A stretch of 64,000 bases of DNA, taken from an uncultured delta proteobacterium. GTDB taxonomy: Bacteria > Myxococcota_A > UBA9160 > UBA4427. The DNA lies in contig CAWGJT010000014.1 of NCBI GenBank assembly GCA_963822965.1, forward strand, positions 128,001 to 192,000, in the 5' to 3' direction. How positions within the stretch are numbered: position 1 is the stretch's first letter; the number at the start of each line of letters is the position of its first letter. The notes beneath the pieces are model-generated. The model searched no databases and was not told the origin of the DNA. It saw nothing but the letters and a program-made list of their open reading frames with translations. Shown piece by piece: positions 55,758 to 64,000 of the stretch. The translations under genes were made by a program, and so were the position numbers.

Positions 55758-57458
55758 GTGCAGCGTCCCGTGGCAGGGCACTCCTTCGGCGCCGATCGCC
55801 TGGCCTGGGCGGGCGTCCTGACCATCGTCCTCGCGGCGGTGCTCTCGGTCTCCTTCGGCAACGGTACCGCTCGGCCGCTGGACGGCCACGAGATCTTCGT
55901 GGCGGAGAGCGCCACCCAGATGCTGGCCCACGGCGAGTACTGGGTCCCGGAGTTCAACGGTCACGTCCGCCTGCAGAAGCCCCCGCTCGCCTACTGGCTG
56001 GCGGCCGGGGTGCACGAGGCGGCGGGGCGGGCATCCCCGGTGGTGGACGAGCTCGAGGCGCGGGTCCCGTCGCTCGTGGCGGGCGGGCTGCTCGTCGTCC
56101 TCACCTTCGTCCTCGGCCGCAGCCTCTTCGGCGACGTGCGCATCGGGTGGCTGGGCGCGGGGGTCTTCGCGACCTGCTTCGACTTCTTCGACTATGCGCG
56201 CAGCGCGCGGCCCGAGATGCTCTACGCGCTCTTCTGCGTCGCCCTCGTGGTGGGCATCGCGACGGCGTGGGCACGCGCGCGGGAGGGGCGGAGCACGCTG
56301 GCGGCGGGTTGCCTGGCGTCCTTCGCGCTCTGCGGCTCGTTGCTCGCCAAGGGTCCACAGCTGCCGGCATTCCTGCTGCTGGCGGCCGGGCTCGCGCTGC
56401 ACACGCGAGGCCGCGAGCACCCGAAGTGGCGGATCTTGCGGCCGGACCTGCTGGCCCTCGGGCTCGTTCCGGCGCTCGTGTACTTCGGCGTGGTGGCGGC
56501 GCGGGTCGACGGGGCGGCGGCGGTCTGGGCCCGGGAGATGGTGCAGGACAAGCCGATCCCCCTGCTGCTGCGGCCCCTGCGCTTCTACTTTCCCGCCACC
56601 CTGGTGATGGGCCTGCTGCCGTGGGTCGCGGGGGTGGCCCTCGCCGGGCTGCAGTCGTGGCGGAGACGCGAGCATCCCGGGGTCTTCCTGCTGGCGGCCT
56701 GCGTCGTGGTCTCGCTCTTCGGTCTGGGCTTCTCGGGCAAGCTGCGCCACCACTACGTGCTGCCCCTGGTGCCGCTCGTCGCGGTGCTGATCGGGTTCGC
56801 GTTCGTGTCGCTGTACGACGAGGCCCGCGAGAACGCGCGCGTCCGCAGGTGGCTGCGGGTGGCCGTCACCGCCCAGGCCGGTCTGATGGGCGGGCTGATC
56901 GTCGCCGCCGCGGTCCAGGCCTGGATGCTGCAGCCGCCCTTCGTGCACGTCGGGACCGGCCGGCTCCTGCCCTGGCTGGTGACCGCGGTCGTCGTGCTCG
57001 TGGCAGGCGTCTGGCGCTGGCGGGTGGGAGACCCCGGGGTCGCGGCTTTGCTGGGCGTGCTCGCCGTCTCGCTCGTGTGGCTGGGCGCGGCCGTCGCCGG
57101 CGCGGACGCCAACCCGCGCTGGATCCTCGCCAAGCGCTTCGCGCTCGAGGTCCGGGCGCTCGCGGGCCCGAGCGAGACGATCTACTTCGACTCGGGCGAG
57201 CGCTCGCCGCTGGTGTACTACGGTCGCTTCCGGCTCGCGGAGTGGCACCTCGGCCGCTGGAAGCTGGATCGCGATCCGCTGGCGCCGCCGCCCCGCTTCG
57301 TCTGCCAGCGCGAGCGCCCGGCAGCGGTCGGCATCCCGGGCGAGATCATCGCCGCGCAGCCGCTCGAGGGACGTTCGGATCGGATGATCCTCTTCCATCC
57401 GACTCCACCCGAGTCGGCGCCGGTGGCGCGGGCGGCGCCGGCTGCCGAGCCCCCGTGA
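55758..57458 (+). CDS. ArnT/PMT family (GT83-like) polyprenyl-phosphosugar transferase
   Basis: Motifs HEIF, PEFNG..RLQKPPLAYW, ARPEM, LAKGP, LLPW and KLRHHYVLP; multi-TM. Start uncertain. Confidence 0.87.
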   Translation: MQRPVAGHSFGADRLAWAGVLTIVLAAVLSVSFGNGTARPLDGHEIFVAESATQMLAHGEYWVPEFNGHVRLQKPPLAYWLAAGVHEAAGRASPVVDELEARVPSLVAGGLLVVLTFVLGRSLFGDVRIGWLGAGVFATCFDFFDYARSARPEMLYALFCVALVVGIATAWARAREGRSTLAAGCLASFALCGSLLAKGPQLPAFLLLAAGLALHTRGREHPKWRILRPDLLALGLVPALVYFGVVAARVDGAAAVWAREMVQDKPIPLLLRPLRFYFPATLVMGLLPWVAGVALAGLQSWRRREHPGVFLLAACVVVSLFGLGFSGKLRHHYVLPLVPLVAVLIGFAFVSLYDEARENARVRRWLRVAVTAQAGLMGGLIVAAAVQAWMLQPPFVHVGTGRLLPWLVTAVVVLVAGVWRWRVGDPGVAALLGVLAVSLVWLGAAVAGADANPRWILAKRFALEVRALAGPSETIYFDSGERSPLVYYGRFRLAEWHLGRWKLDRDPLAPPPRFVCQRERPAAVGIPGEIIAAQPLEGRSDRMILFHPTPPESAPVARAAPAAEPP

Positions 57459-58044
57459 GCACGAGGTTCCGGACCTGCACGAAGGGCCCCAGGACGAGCC
57501 CCGCCACGAAGACCGCGTCGGCCAGGTGCAGCGCATAGGCGAGCAGCAGGCCGTTGCCCGCCAGCGAGAGGATCCAGAAGGCCGGTGGGAAGTGGCTCGC
57601 GCCGCTGCGCTCCGAGAACCACCACTGCACGACGAACCGGCTCGTCCAGATGGACTGGCCGACGATCGCGGCGGCGATCCAGGCGAGCGACTCGTCGGCG
57701 TCCAGCCGGACGTCCGCGGCGCCCGCGGCCACCAGCGCCAGCCCGGAGACGATCGCCAGGGGGACGGCCTGGCGCCGCGACAGCGGCCGCGCACCGGCGG
57801 CGCCGGCCCCCAGGTGCAGGTTGCGCAGGTAGATGAGCCCGTTCACCGTGAAGCCGACCAGCAGCACCCAGACGCCGCGATGTGCGGCATAGCCGCCGAG
57901 CAGGAGCGAGCCGGCCAGGGAGAGCAGCCAGAACGTGCGGGGCGCGGCCCGCTCGCGCAGGCGCTCCACGTGCAGCCACTGCACGAGGAAGCGACCGAAG
58001 AAGCAGGCGTTCCCCAGCCATCCCAGCAGCTCGAAGGGCGTCAC
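57346..58044 (-). CDS. Lipid A biosynthesis N-terminal (LAB_N) duplicated-domain membrane protein
   Basis: Two repeats of (G/S)RF(L/V)VQW..ER....P..FW.LSLAG. Confidence 0.85.
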   Translation of the reverse strand: MTPFELLGWLGNACFFGRFLVQWLHVERLRERAAPRTFWLLSLAGSLLLGGYAAHRGVWVLLVGFTVNGLIYLRNLHLGAGAAGARPLSRRQAVPLAIVSGLALVAAGAADVRLDADESLAWIAAAIVGQSIWTSRFVVQWWFSERSGASHFPPAFWILSLAGNGLLLAYALHLADAVFVAGLVLGPFVQVRNLVLTGARQPAPPAPPAPTRVESDGRGSSDPNVPRAAARR

Positions 58045-58790
58045 GCGTCGTTCGGTTCGACGAACTCGGGGCGCACGATCCGCGAGCGCATCCAGCGCAC
58101 GGCCAGCAGGTCCTGGAAGGCGCGCCAGGCGCGGTTGCGCACGCCGTACTTGCTGGTCCCGGCCAGCCGCGGGTGGTGCGAGACCGGATGCTCGACGACC
58201 CGGTAGCCGTGGAAGCGCAGCAGGGTGGGAAGGAAGCGGTGCATGCCGTCGAAGAAGGGCAGGCTGCGGACGGCCCCGGTGCGGAAGAGCTTGAGCGAGC
58301 AGCCGGTGTCACGCACGTGGTCGCCGCTCACGGCGTTGCGGACGGCGTTCGCGATGCGGGAGCTCGCCCGGCGCAGCCAGTCGTCGCTCCGCCGGGTGCG
58401 GTAGCCCACCACCGCGTCGTGGTCGGCCAGGACCTCGAGCATGGCGGGCAGGTCGCCCGGGTCGTTCTGGAGGTCGGCGTCCAGGGTGGCGACCAGCGGC
58501 GCGCGCGCGGCCTCGATGCCCACCCGGATGGCGGTGGTCTGGCCGTAGCGGCGCGCCAGCTGCCGTCCGCGCACCCGGGCGTCCTTGGCCGCGAGCTCGC
58601 GGATGACCTGGGCCGTGCGATCCCGGCTGCCGTCGTCCACCAGCACCAGCTCCCAGTCGAGCTGGCTCCCGAACACCTCGAGCACCCGGCCGTAGAGGGC
58701 CGGCAGGCAGTCCTCTTCGTCGTGAGCGGGCACCACCAGCGAGAGCGCCGGCTCCCGGTCCGTTGCCTGGGTCGATGCGGATCCGATCAA
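58041..58790 (-). CDS. GT2 polyprenyl-phosphate glycosyltransferase (ArnC/DPM1/RgtE-like)
   Basis: Motifs VDDGSRD, LDADLQNDP, DTGCSLK, GMHRFLP and GTSKYG. Confidence 0.9.
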   Translation of the reverse strand: MIGSASTQATDREPALSLVVPAHDEEDCLPALYGRVLEVFGSQLDWELVLVDDGSRDRTAQVIRELAAKDARVRGRQLARRYGQTTAIRVGIEAARAPLVATLDADLQNDPGDLPAMLEVLADHDAVVGYRTRRSDDWLRRASSRIANAVRNAVSGDHVRDTGCSLKLFRTGAVRSLPFFDGMHRFLPTLLRFHGYRVVEHPVSHHPRLAGTSKYGVRNRAWRAFQDLLAVRWMRSRIVRPEFVEPNDA

Positions 58791-58971
58791 GCCCGGCCTT
58801 CCTCCGTCCCGCGTCGCCTCCGACCGGTCCTTTCCCGGGAGCGCCGCGCCCCGGGCACGATAGCCCGAAGCGTCGGCGAGGGCCGCGCAGCCGGGGGGCG
58901 GGGCTCGGGGCCGGGGGCGGGCCGGCGGGAGTGCACGCGGGGCGCGCTTCGGCTACGCACTCGACCTTGCG

Positions 58972-60273
58972 ATGACGCCTGCGCCCCGGAGCGACGGCCC
59001 GAGCCGCGGCCGCCTGAAGCCCTACGTCGACTTCTGCGTCGAGCACGTGACGGCGATCGTGCGCGAGATCGGCCCGCGCCCGTCGGCGAGCCCGGCGGAG
59101 CACCGCGCTCAGCAGTACGTCGCCGGGCTGCTGGCCCCCGTGGTCGACGACGTCCAGCTCGAGGCGTTCTCGCTCGCCCCCAAGGCCTTCATGGGCTTCG
59201 TGCCCATCAGCGGCGCGCTGCTGCTGGCGTGCGTCGGGGTCTACTGGTGGTGGCCCCCGCTGGCGCTCCTGTGCGTGGCGGGCGCCGTGGTCCTGCTGGT
59301 CGGAGAGCTCGTCCTCTATCGCCAGCTCGTCGATCCCATCTTCCCGCGCGCCACCTCGCGCAACCTGGTTGCCCGCATCCGCCCCCGCGGCCGGGTCGAG
59401 CGGGTCCTGCTGCTGGGCGGACACTGCGACAGCGCGTACGAGTGGCGCTGGCACTACCTCGGGCCGCTGCCGTTCCGCACGATCGTCGGCGGCACCCTGC
59501 TGGGTGCCGTGGTGGCGCTCGGGGTGACGGGTGCGAGCTCCCTGTTAGAAGGCGGGTCCGCACCGCGCCCCGGAACCGCGGCCGCCGTCTGGGGCCTCGC
59601 GATGGCGGCCTTCTCCCCTTGCTTCCTGCTGGTGATGGCGTTCTCGAACTTCCGCCGCGCCTCCCCCGGCGCGAACGACAACCTGACCGGCGTGCTGCTG
59701 AGCGTCGCCCTCGCGAAGTTCCTGCACGACACGGGCGAGCGCCTGGAGCACACCGAGATCCGTCTTCTCAACACCGGCGCCGAGGAGGCGGGTCTTCGCG
59801 GCGCGGCCGCCTACGCGGAGCGCCACCGCGAGGAGCTGCAGGCGATCCCCAGCCTGTACGTCGCCCTCGATACCTTCCGCGACCTGGACCACATGGCCGT
59901 CTACCACCGGGATCGGAACGGAACCCTGCGTCACCACCCGGACGGCGCCAGCCTGCTGTGTGCCGCCGCGGCGGACGCCGGCTACGCGCTGCCCCTGCGG
60001 ACGCTTCCGCTGGGCGCCTCCGATGCCGCTGCGTTCACGAGTGCCGGACTGCGGGCGATCGCGCTCGTCGCCATGGATCCGGCGCCGCCGCGCTGGTATC
60101 ACACGCGGCTGGATACCCCGGAGCTGCTCGATCCGTCCTGCCTCGAGGCGGGTCTCGAGGTGGTGCTCTCGCTGGTTCGCCGCGTGGACGCCTCGGGGCT
60201 GACGGTCTCCCCGGGCGTCGCCGCCGGCACCGAGCCCGAGAGGCCTCAGGCGCCCGGCCATGCGGGAGACTGA
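58972..60273 (+). CDS. Membrane-embedded M28 family metallopeptidase
   Basis: Zn ligand motifs GHCDS, GANDN, GAEEAGLRG and YHT; internal TM hairpins. Confidence 0.85.
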   Translation: MTPAPRSDGPSRGRLKPYVDFCVEHVTAIVREIGPRPSASPAEHRAQQYVAGLLAPVVDDVQLEAFSLAPKAFMGFVPISGALLLACVGVYWWWPPLALLCVAGAVVLLVGELVLYRQLVDPIFPRATSRNLVARIRPRGRVERVLLLGGHCDSAYEWRWHYLGPLPFRTIVGGTLLGAVVALGVTGASSLLEGGSAPRPGTAAAVWGLAMAAFSPCFLLVMAFSNFRRASPGANDNLTGVLLSVALAKFLHDTGERLEHTEIRLLNTGAEEAGLRGAAAYAERHREELQAIPSLYVALDTFRDLDHMAVYHRDRNGTLRHHPDGASLLCAAAADAGYALPLRTLPLGASDAAAFTSAGLRAIALVAMDPAPPRWYHTRLDTPELLDPSCLEAGLEVVLSLVRRVDASGLTVSPGVAAGTEPERPQAPGHAGD

Positions 60274-61435
60274 GGCGTTGGCCCCGGCCGGAGCGCGCCG
60301 CGACTCCTCCCGGGCGGGCGCGCAGACCGGTCGGATGACCTTGCGCTACGAGACCCTCGCCGCCGAGTGCCACGCCGGGGAGCCTCATCGGGCGTGGCTC
60401 GAAGAGTTTCTCACGCCCTGGTTCGGCGTGGTGGACGGCGGGTCGAAGAGCGACGCCCGGGTCGCCCTGGACCTGGACGACGAGGCCTTCCACCGGTGCC
60501 GGCAGGCGGGACCGTGTCCGGACGGCGGCTCGGCGGACGTCTTCTCCCTCGATGCCGGCATGCAGCGCATGCCCCGCTGGAGCGGGACGAGCGAGGCCCG
60601 GGTGGTCTTCGACGAGGCGCTCGGGGTGTTCTACGCCGTGGACCGGGAGACCGGGAAGACCCGGGTGCGGATCACGAGCGCGTCGGGAAACCGACGCGCT
60701 CGGGTGGCGCTCATGCGCGCCGTGCGCGAGCTCGCCATGAGCGAGGTGCGCGCGAGGGGACATGCGCTGGTGCACGGGGCCGTCGTCGCCACCGGGACCG
60801 GCGGCGCCCTGATCGCGGGACCGAAGCGCGCGGGCAAGACGACGCTCCTCGTGCACGCGCTGCGGGCCGGCGGTCACTTCGTGTCGAACGATCGCGCCGT
60901 GCTCTTCGCGGGGCCGCAGGGGGTCGTCGCCCGCGGCATGCCGACCATCGTTCGCATCCGTCAAGCCACCCTCGACGGGCTGCCCGGCGACCTGCGGGCG
61001 CCGCTCGCGAGCGGTCGCCTCGACCATCTCGCCACCCGGAACGAGATCGCCCGCGGCACGCTGCCGCCGCGCCCGCGTCCGGGGCGGCCGCGCAACTTGT
61101 CGCCCGCCCAGCTGTGCGACTGGCTCTCGGCTCCCGCACGCCGGGAGGTGCCCCTGGCTCGCGTGCTGCTGCTGCGCACGGGGCCGCACCCGGGCGTCGC
61201 GGTGCGCGAGCTGGCTCCCGGGGCGGCCGCGGAACGGCTCGAGGCGTGCGCGTTCGGCCGGCCGGGGGCGGCGTCCGATCTCTTTCCCGGGCCGCCTCCC
61301 GCGTCGTCTCCGGCGGCGGACCCGGCGCGCACCTACCGCGATCTCGCGAAGGGCGTCCGCTGCCTGGAGCTCGAGCTGGGGATCGGAACCGCCGCGCCGC
61401 GGATCGCCGAGGCGCTGGCGTCGATTCTCAGCTGA
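60260..61435 (+). CDS. HprK-related P-loop kinase
   Basis: LVHGAVV, Walker A GPKRAGKTT and FVSNDRAVL. Start may be ATG 60335. Confidence 0.75.
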   Translation: MRETEALAPAGARRDSSRAGAQTGRMTLRYETLAAECHAGEPHRAWLEEFLTPWFGVVDGGSKSDARVALDLDDEAFHRCRQAGPCPDGGSADVFSLDAGMQRMPRWSGTSEARVVFDEALGVFYAVDRETGKTRVRITSASGNRRARVALMRAVRELAMSEVRARGHALVHGAVVATGTGGALIAGPKRAGKTTLLVHALRAGGHFVSNDRAVLFAGPQGVVARGMPTIVRIRQATLDGLPGDLRAPLASGRLDHLATRNEIARGTLPPRPRPGRPRNLSPAQLCDWLSAPARREVPLARVLLLRTGPHPGVAVRELAPGAAAERLEACAFGRPGAASDLFPGPPPASSPAADPARTYRDLAKGVRCLELELGIGTAAPRIAEALASILS

Positions 61436-62798
61436 CGGCGACGGCCGCCGCGGCCCGCGCTCGCTTCGTGGACTGCCGCTCGTCGAGCCAGCGGCGGGCC
61501 CGGTCGGGATAGAAGGCCAGGGTGACCAGGTCGTAGACGAGGCGGCCTTCGTCCGAGAGCGCGACGCGCCGACCGTCGTCGTCGACGAGGGCGGCTCGCC
61601 GGAGACGCTCGAGGGCCTCACCGAAGTCGGCGTCGAGGTCGGAGCCCACGGTGTCCCGATACCCGGTGCGATCGAGCACGCCTCCGTCTCCGAGGGTGCG
61701 TGCGACCAGCAGGGTCTTGCGGTCCTGGGGCTCGAGGGAGAAGACCTGGGTGACCGGGCTCTCGCCGCGTTCGACGCGCGCGACGTAGGAGCCCGAGCGA
61801 TCGTCGTTGCGGTAGACGTGGTGCCCCAGGTGCGAGACCGCGCTCACCCCCAGGCCGATCTGGCGCCCGGGTCCGAAGCCCTCGGCACAGGGGGCGCGGT
61901 CGAAGCCCGTGGCGGGCCGTCCCGCCCGCACGAAGGTGTGCCAGCGCCGCTGCTCGAATCCCAGCTCCCGGGCGGTGCGCTCGACGAAGGAGCGCCACCC
62001 CACCAGTCGCGCGAGATCGAGCCGTTCGACCTCGCGCATCGCCGTCGCCACCGGGGTTCGTTCGTTGAGGCGCAGGTTGTACACGCTCACGGAGTGGACG
62101 CCGCGCTCGGCCGCGCGCTCGAGGTCGCGGGCGAAGCTCTCGTGGCTCTGGCCCGGGAGACCGTAGATGAGGTCGACGTTCACGTGGAAGCCCGCTTCCA
62201 CCAGGAGGTCGCAGGCCGCGAGGGCGGTCGCCGCGTCGTGACGCCGACGAATGGTGTCGAGCACACCGTCCTCGAGGCTCTCGATTCCCATGCTGAGCCG
62301 CTCGATCCCGCGCGCGCGAAGCACCGCCACGTGCTCGCGCGAGATGGATTCGGGCGAGCACTCGACGGTGGCGGACGCGCCCGGCTGCCGGGGCATGCGG
62401 CTCAGCACCGCCGCGAGCGCGCGGTCGAGCAGGGCCGGGGGCAGGGCGGTCGGCGTTCCGCCGCCGACGTAGAGCTGCGCGAGGGGCGTGCCGGGCTCGA
62501 CCTCGTCGAGCTCGTGCTCGAGGGCGTCCACGTAGCGCTCCATTTCCTGGAGCGAGCTCCCCACGCGCTTCACGTAGAAGCAGAAGCTGCAGGCGTAGTT
62601 GCAGAACGGAACGTGCAGGTAGACCTTGAGAGCGCCCGGGCCCGGGCTCACCCGTTCGGCGGCCGGCCGGGTGGCGAAGGCCGGGGCCGAGAGCGGATAC
62701 ACGTGGGCGGCCTCGTAGGCGATGCGGCGCGCGCCGCCCACCGCCGCCTCGATGCGGTGCAGAAGGTCCTGGTGACTCCGGCCTTCGGCGTCAGCCAA
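61428..62798 (-). CDS. HemN-like (class C-type) radical SAM protein
   Basis: YLHVPFCNYACSFC, YVGGGTPT, RLSMGIES and NVDLIYGLPGQ; HemN_C-like end. Confidence 0.9.
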   Translation of the reverse strand: MADAEGRSHQDLLHRIEAAVGGARRIAYEAAHVYPLSAPAFATRPAAERVSPGPGALKVYLHVPFCNYACSFCFYVKRVGSSLQEMERYVDALEHELDEVEPGTPLAQLYVGGGTPTALPPALLDRALAAVLSRMPRQPGASATVECSPESISREHVAVLRARGIERLSMGIESLEDGVLDTIRRRHDAATALAACDLLVEAGFHVNVDLIYGLPGQSHESFARDLERAAERGVHSVSVYNLRLNERTPVATAMREVERLDLARLVGWRSFVERTARELGFEQRRWHTFVRAGRPATGFDRAPCAEGFGPGRQIGLGVSAVSHLGHHVYRNDDRSGSYVARVERGESPVTQVFSLEPQDRKTLLVARTLGDGGVLDRTGYRDTVGSDLDADFGEALERLRRAALVDDDGRRVALSDEGRLVYDLVTLAFYPDRARRWLDERQSTKRARAAAAVAVS

Positions 62799-63864
62799 GC
62801 GGCGACCCCTCTCCGGACCGCGTGGGCAGCGAATAGAAGCGCCGCGCGTTCTCGGCCAGCACCTTCTGGCTCGACCCCGTCGGCATCGCGCCGAGAAGCT
62901 CGGCGATCTCCGCGCGACAGCCGTCGGCGTTCACCTCGTGCGGGAAGTCCGAGGCGAAGAGCAGCACGTCGTCGCCGAGCACCGCCATTGCCTCCGGGAT
63001 CCCCGCTTCGCCGGGATCGACGCTGAAGTAGACCCGACCCTCCGCGAGGTAGCGGCTGGGGAGCCGGGCCGCGCCGCCCGTGTACTCCGGACGCTTGCGG
63101 GCGCGGTACGACCGGTCCATGCGGCCCTGCAGGAAGGGCACCCAGCCGATGCCCGCCTCGAGGAACGCGATGCGCAGGCTCGGAAAGCGGTCGAGCACGC
63201 CGCTCATCAGGACGCTCGTGATCTGGATCATCTGCGCGAAGGGGTGGCTCAGGGTGTGCACCTGGGCGAAGTGCTCGAGCGTGTCGAGGCCCAGCTGCTG
63301 GGACGGGCCTCCGTGGACCGCCAGGGATACGTCGAGACGTTCGGCCTCGGCGTACAGGGGGTCGTAGACGGTGCTGCCGAGGGGGCGCCGCAGGCCGACT
63401 GCGGGAAGCACGCCACCCACCAGGCCCAGCTCACCCACCGCGCGCCGCAGCTCCGCGGCTGCGGCCGACGGGTCCTGCAGGGGGAGCAGGGCCACCGCCC
63501 GGATGCGTCCGCTCGCTCGCGTGTAGCGGTCCGCGATCCAGTCGTTGTAGCCGCGCGCCAGGGCCAGGGCCCACTCGGGATCGCGGATCAGGCTGTGGGC
63601 GAGGCCGGCCGTGGGGTAGAGCACGGTGCTCTCGATACCCGTCTTGTCCAGGAAATCGAGCCAGATGGTCGCGCTGCTGTCGAAGGAGGCGTGCAGGCCC
63701 ATGTGGGCGTGGATCGCGCCGCGCTGGAAGCCGTCGATCGAAGGCCAGAACGGGAAGCCGAGCAGGGTGTGCCGGCCGCGGAACGGCGGCTCGAGGTACT
63801 CGAAGATCTCGCGATCGTTCTCGTAGACGTGACCGTCTGCGTCGATGATCATCGGGGGGGTCAA
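62791..63864 (-). CDS. Amidohydrolase family 2 protein
   Basis: Motifs IDADGH, LYPT, YNDW, VH, FLEAGIGW and FASDFPH. Confidence 0.9.
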   Translation of the reverse strand: MTPPMIIDADGHVYENDREIFEYLEPPFRGRHTLLGFPFWPSIDGFQRGAIHAHMGLHASFDSSATIWLDFLDKTGIESTVLYPTAGLAHSLIRDPEWALALARGYNDWIADRYTRASGRIRAVALLPLQDPSAAAAELRRAVGELGLVGGVLPAVGLRRPLGSTVYDPLYAEAERLDVSLAVHGGPSQQLGLDTLEHFAQVHTLSHPFAQMIQITSVLMSGVLDRFPSLRIAFLEAGIGWVPFLQGRMDRSYRARKRPEYTGGAARLPSRYLAEGRVYFSVDPGEAGIPEAMAVLGDDVLLFASDFPHEVNADGCRAEIAELLGAMPTGSSQKVLAENARRFYSLPTRSGEGSPLG

Positions 63865-63922
63865 GCGGGGCTCCCGAAAGGGCTCGCGCGCGGTTCGAGG
63901 TGGCTCGCATTGAACCCGGAAC

Positions 63923-64000
63923 TCACGGGTCGGTCAAGGACCGGAGGAGCACTTCCTCGCCGGGGAGCCCGCTTTCGATCGCCGCCTGCAATCGGTCGAG
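63923..64000 (-). CDS. 3' end of an upstream gene entering from the right edge
   Basis: Open frame LDRLQAAIESGLPGEEVLLRSLTDP-stop on the same strand as the amidohydrolase gene. Confidence 0.5.
   Translation of the reverse strand, partial: LDRLQAAIESGLPGEEVLLRSLTDP

Noticed and set aside
63862..63975. Multi-hairpin region with a loosely SRP-like GGTCAAGGACCGGAGGAGCA
   Set aside because: It deviates at several positions from the SRP domain IV consensus, and 63923-64000 reads as a plausible minus-strand CDS end. An Rfam scan would settle it.

Overview
A gene-dense, very GC-rich bacterial chromosome segment. An FHA-GGDEF protein, a long MCP, a PEP-CTERM-like tail and sulfotransferase/DUF1214 genes suggest Myxococcota or a related lineage, but this is inference only. 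From left to right it holds: a glycogen/maltodextrin block (partial glgP, GT4, malQ, glgX); an ABC/HlyD exporter with a divergent EctR-like MarR; an MCP, a GST and an SSS transporter; sucA-sucB-lpdA; a Lys-rich histone/phasin-like protein; a GST-SDR-sulfotransferase-DUF1214-haloalkane dehalogenase-TPR run; a P-type ATPase, FHA-GGDEF, LLM, DUF1330, DUF4242/GlxA and a cyclophilin; tdh-kbl and corA; a doubly deleted methyltransferase remnant; a 42-53 kb zone rich in indels that look like read errors (3beta-HSD-like, P450, deacylase, GSDH, RND pair), which also holds an intact antiporter, a PhyH gene and an orphan encapsulin-type ferritin; an ArnT/LAB_N/GT2 lipid-glycosylation module; an M28 peptidase with an HprK-related kinase; and an amidohydrolase/HemN-like radical SAM operon that runs off the right edge. 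I found no rRNA, tRNA, CRISPR array, integrase or transposase. The best leads are the six-copy G-quadruplex-motif array after lpdA, the Lys-rich granule/nucleoid-type protein with its downstream repeat array, the sulfotransferase-DUF1214-dehalogenase cluster, the orphan untagged encapsulin ferritin, a probable ATT start for glgX, and the radical SAM/kinase locus. None of these is proven novel from sequence alone.
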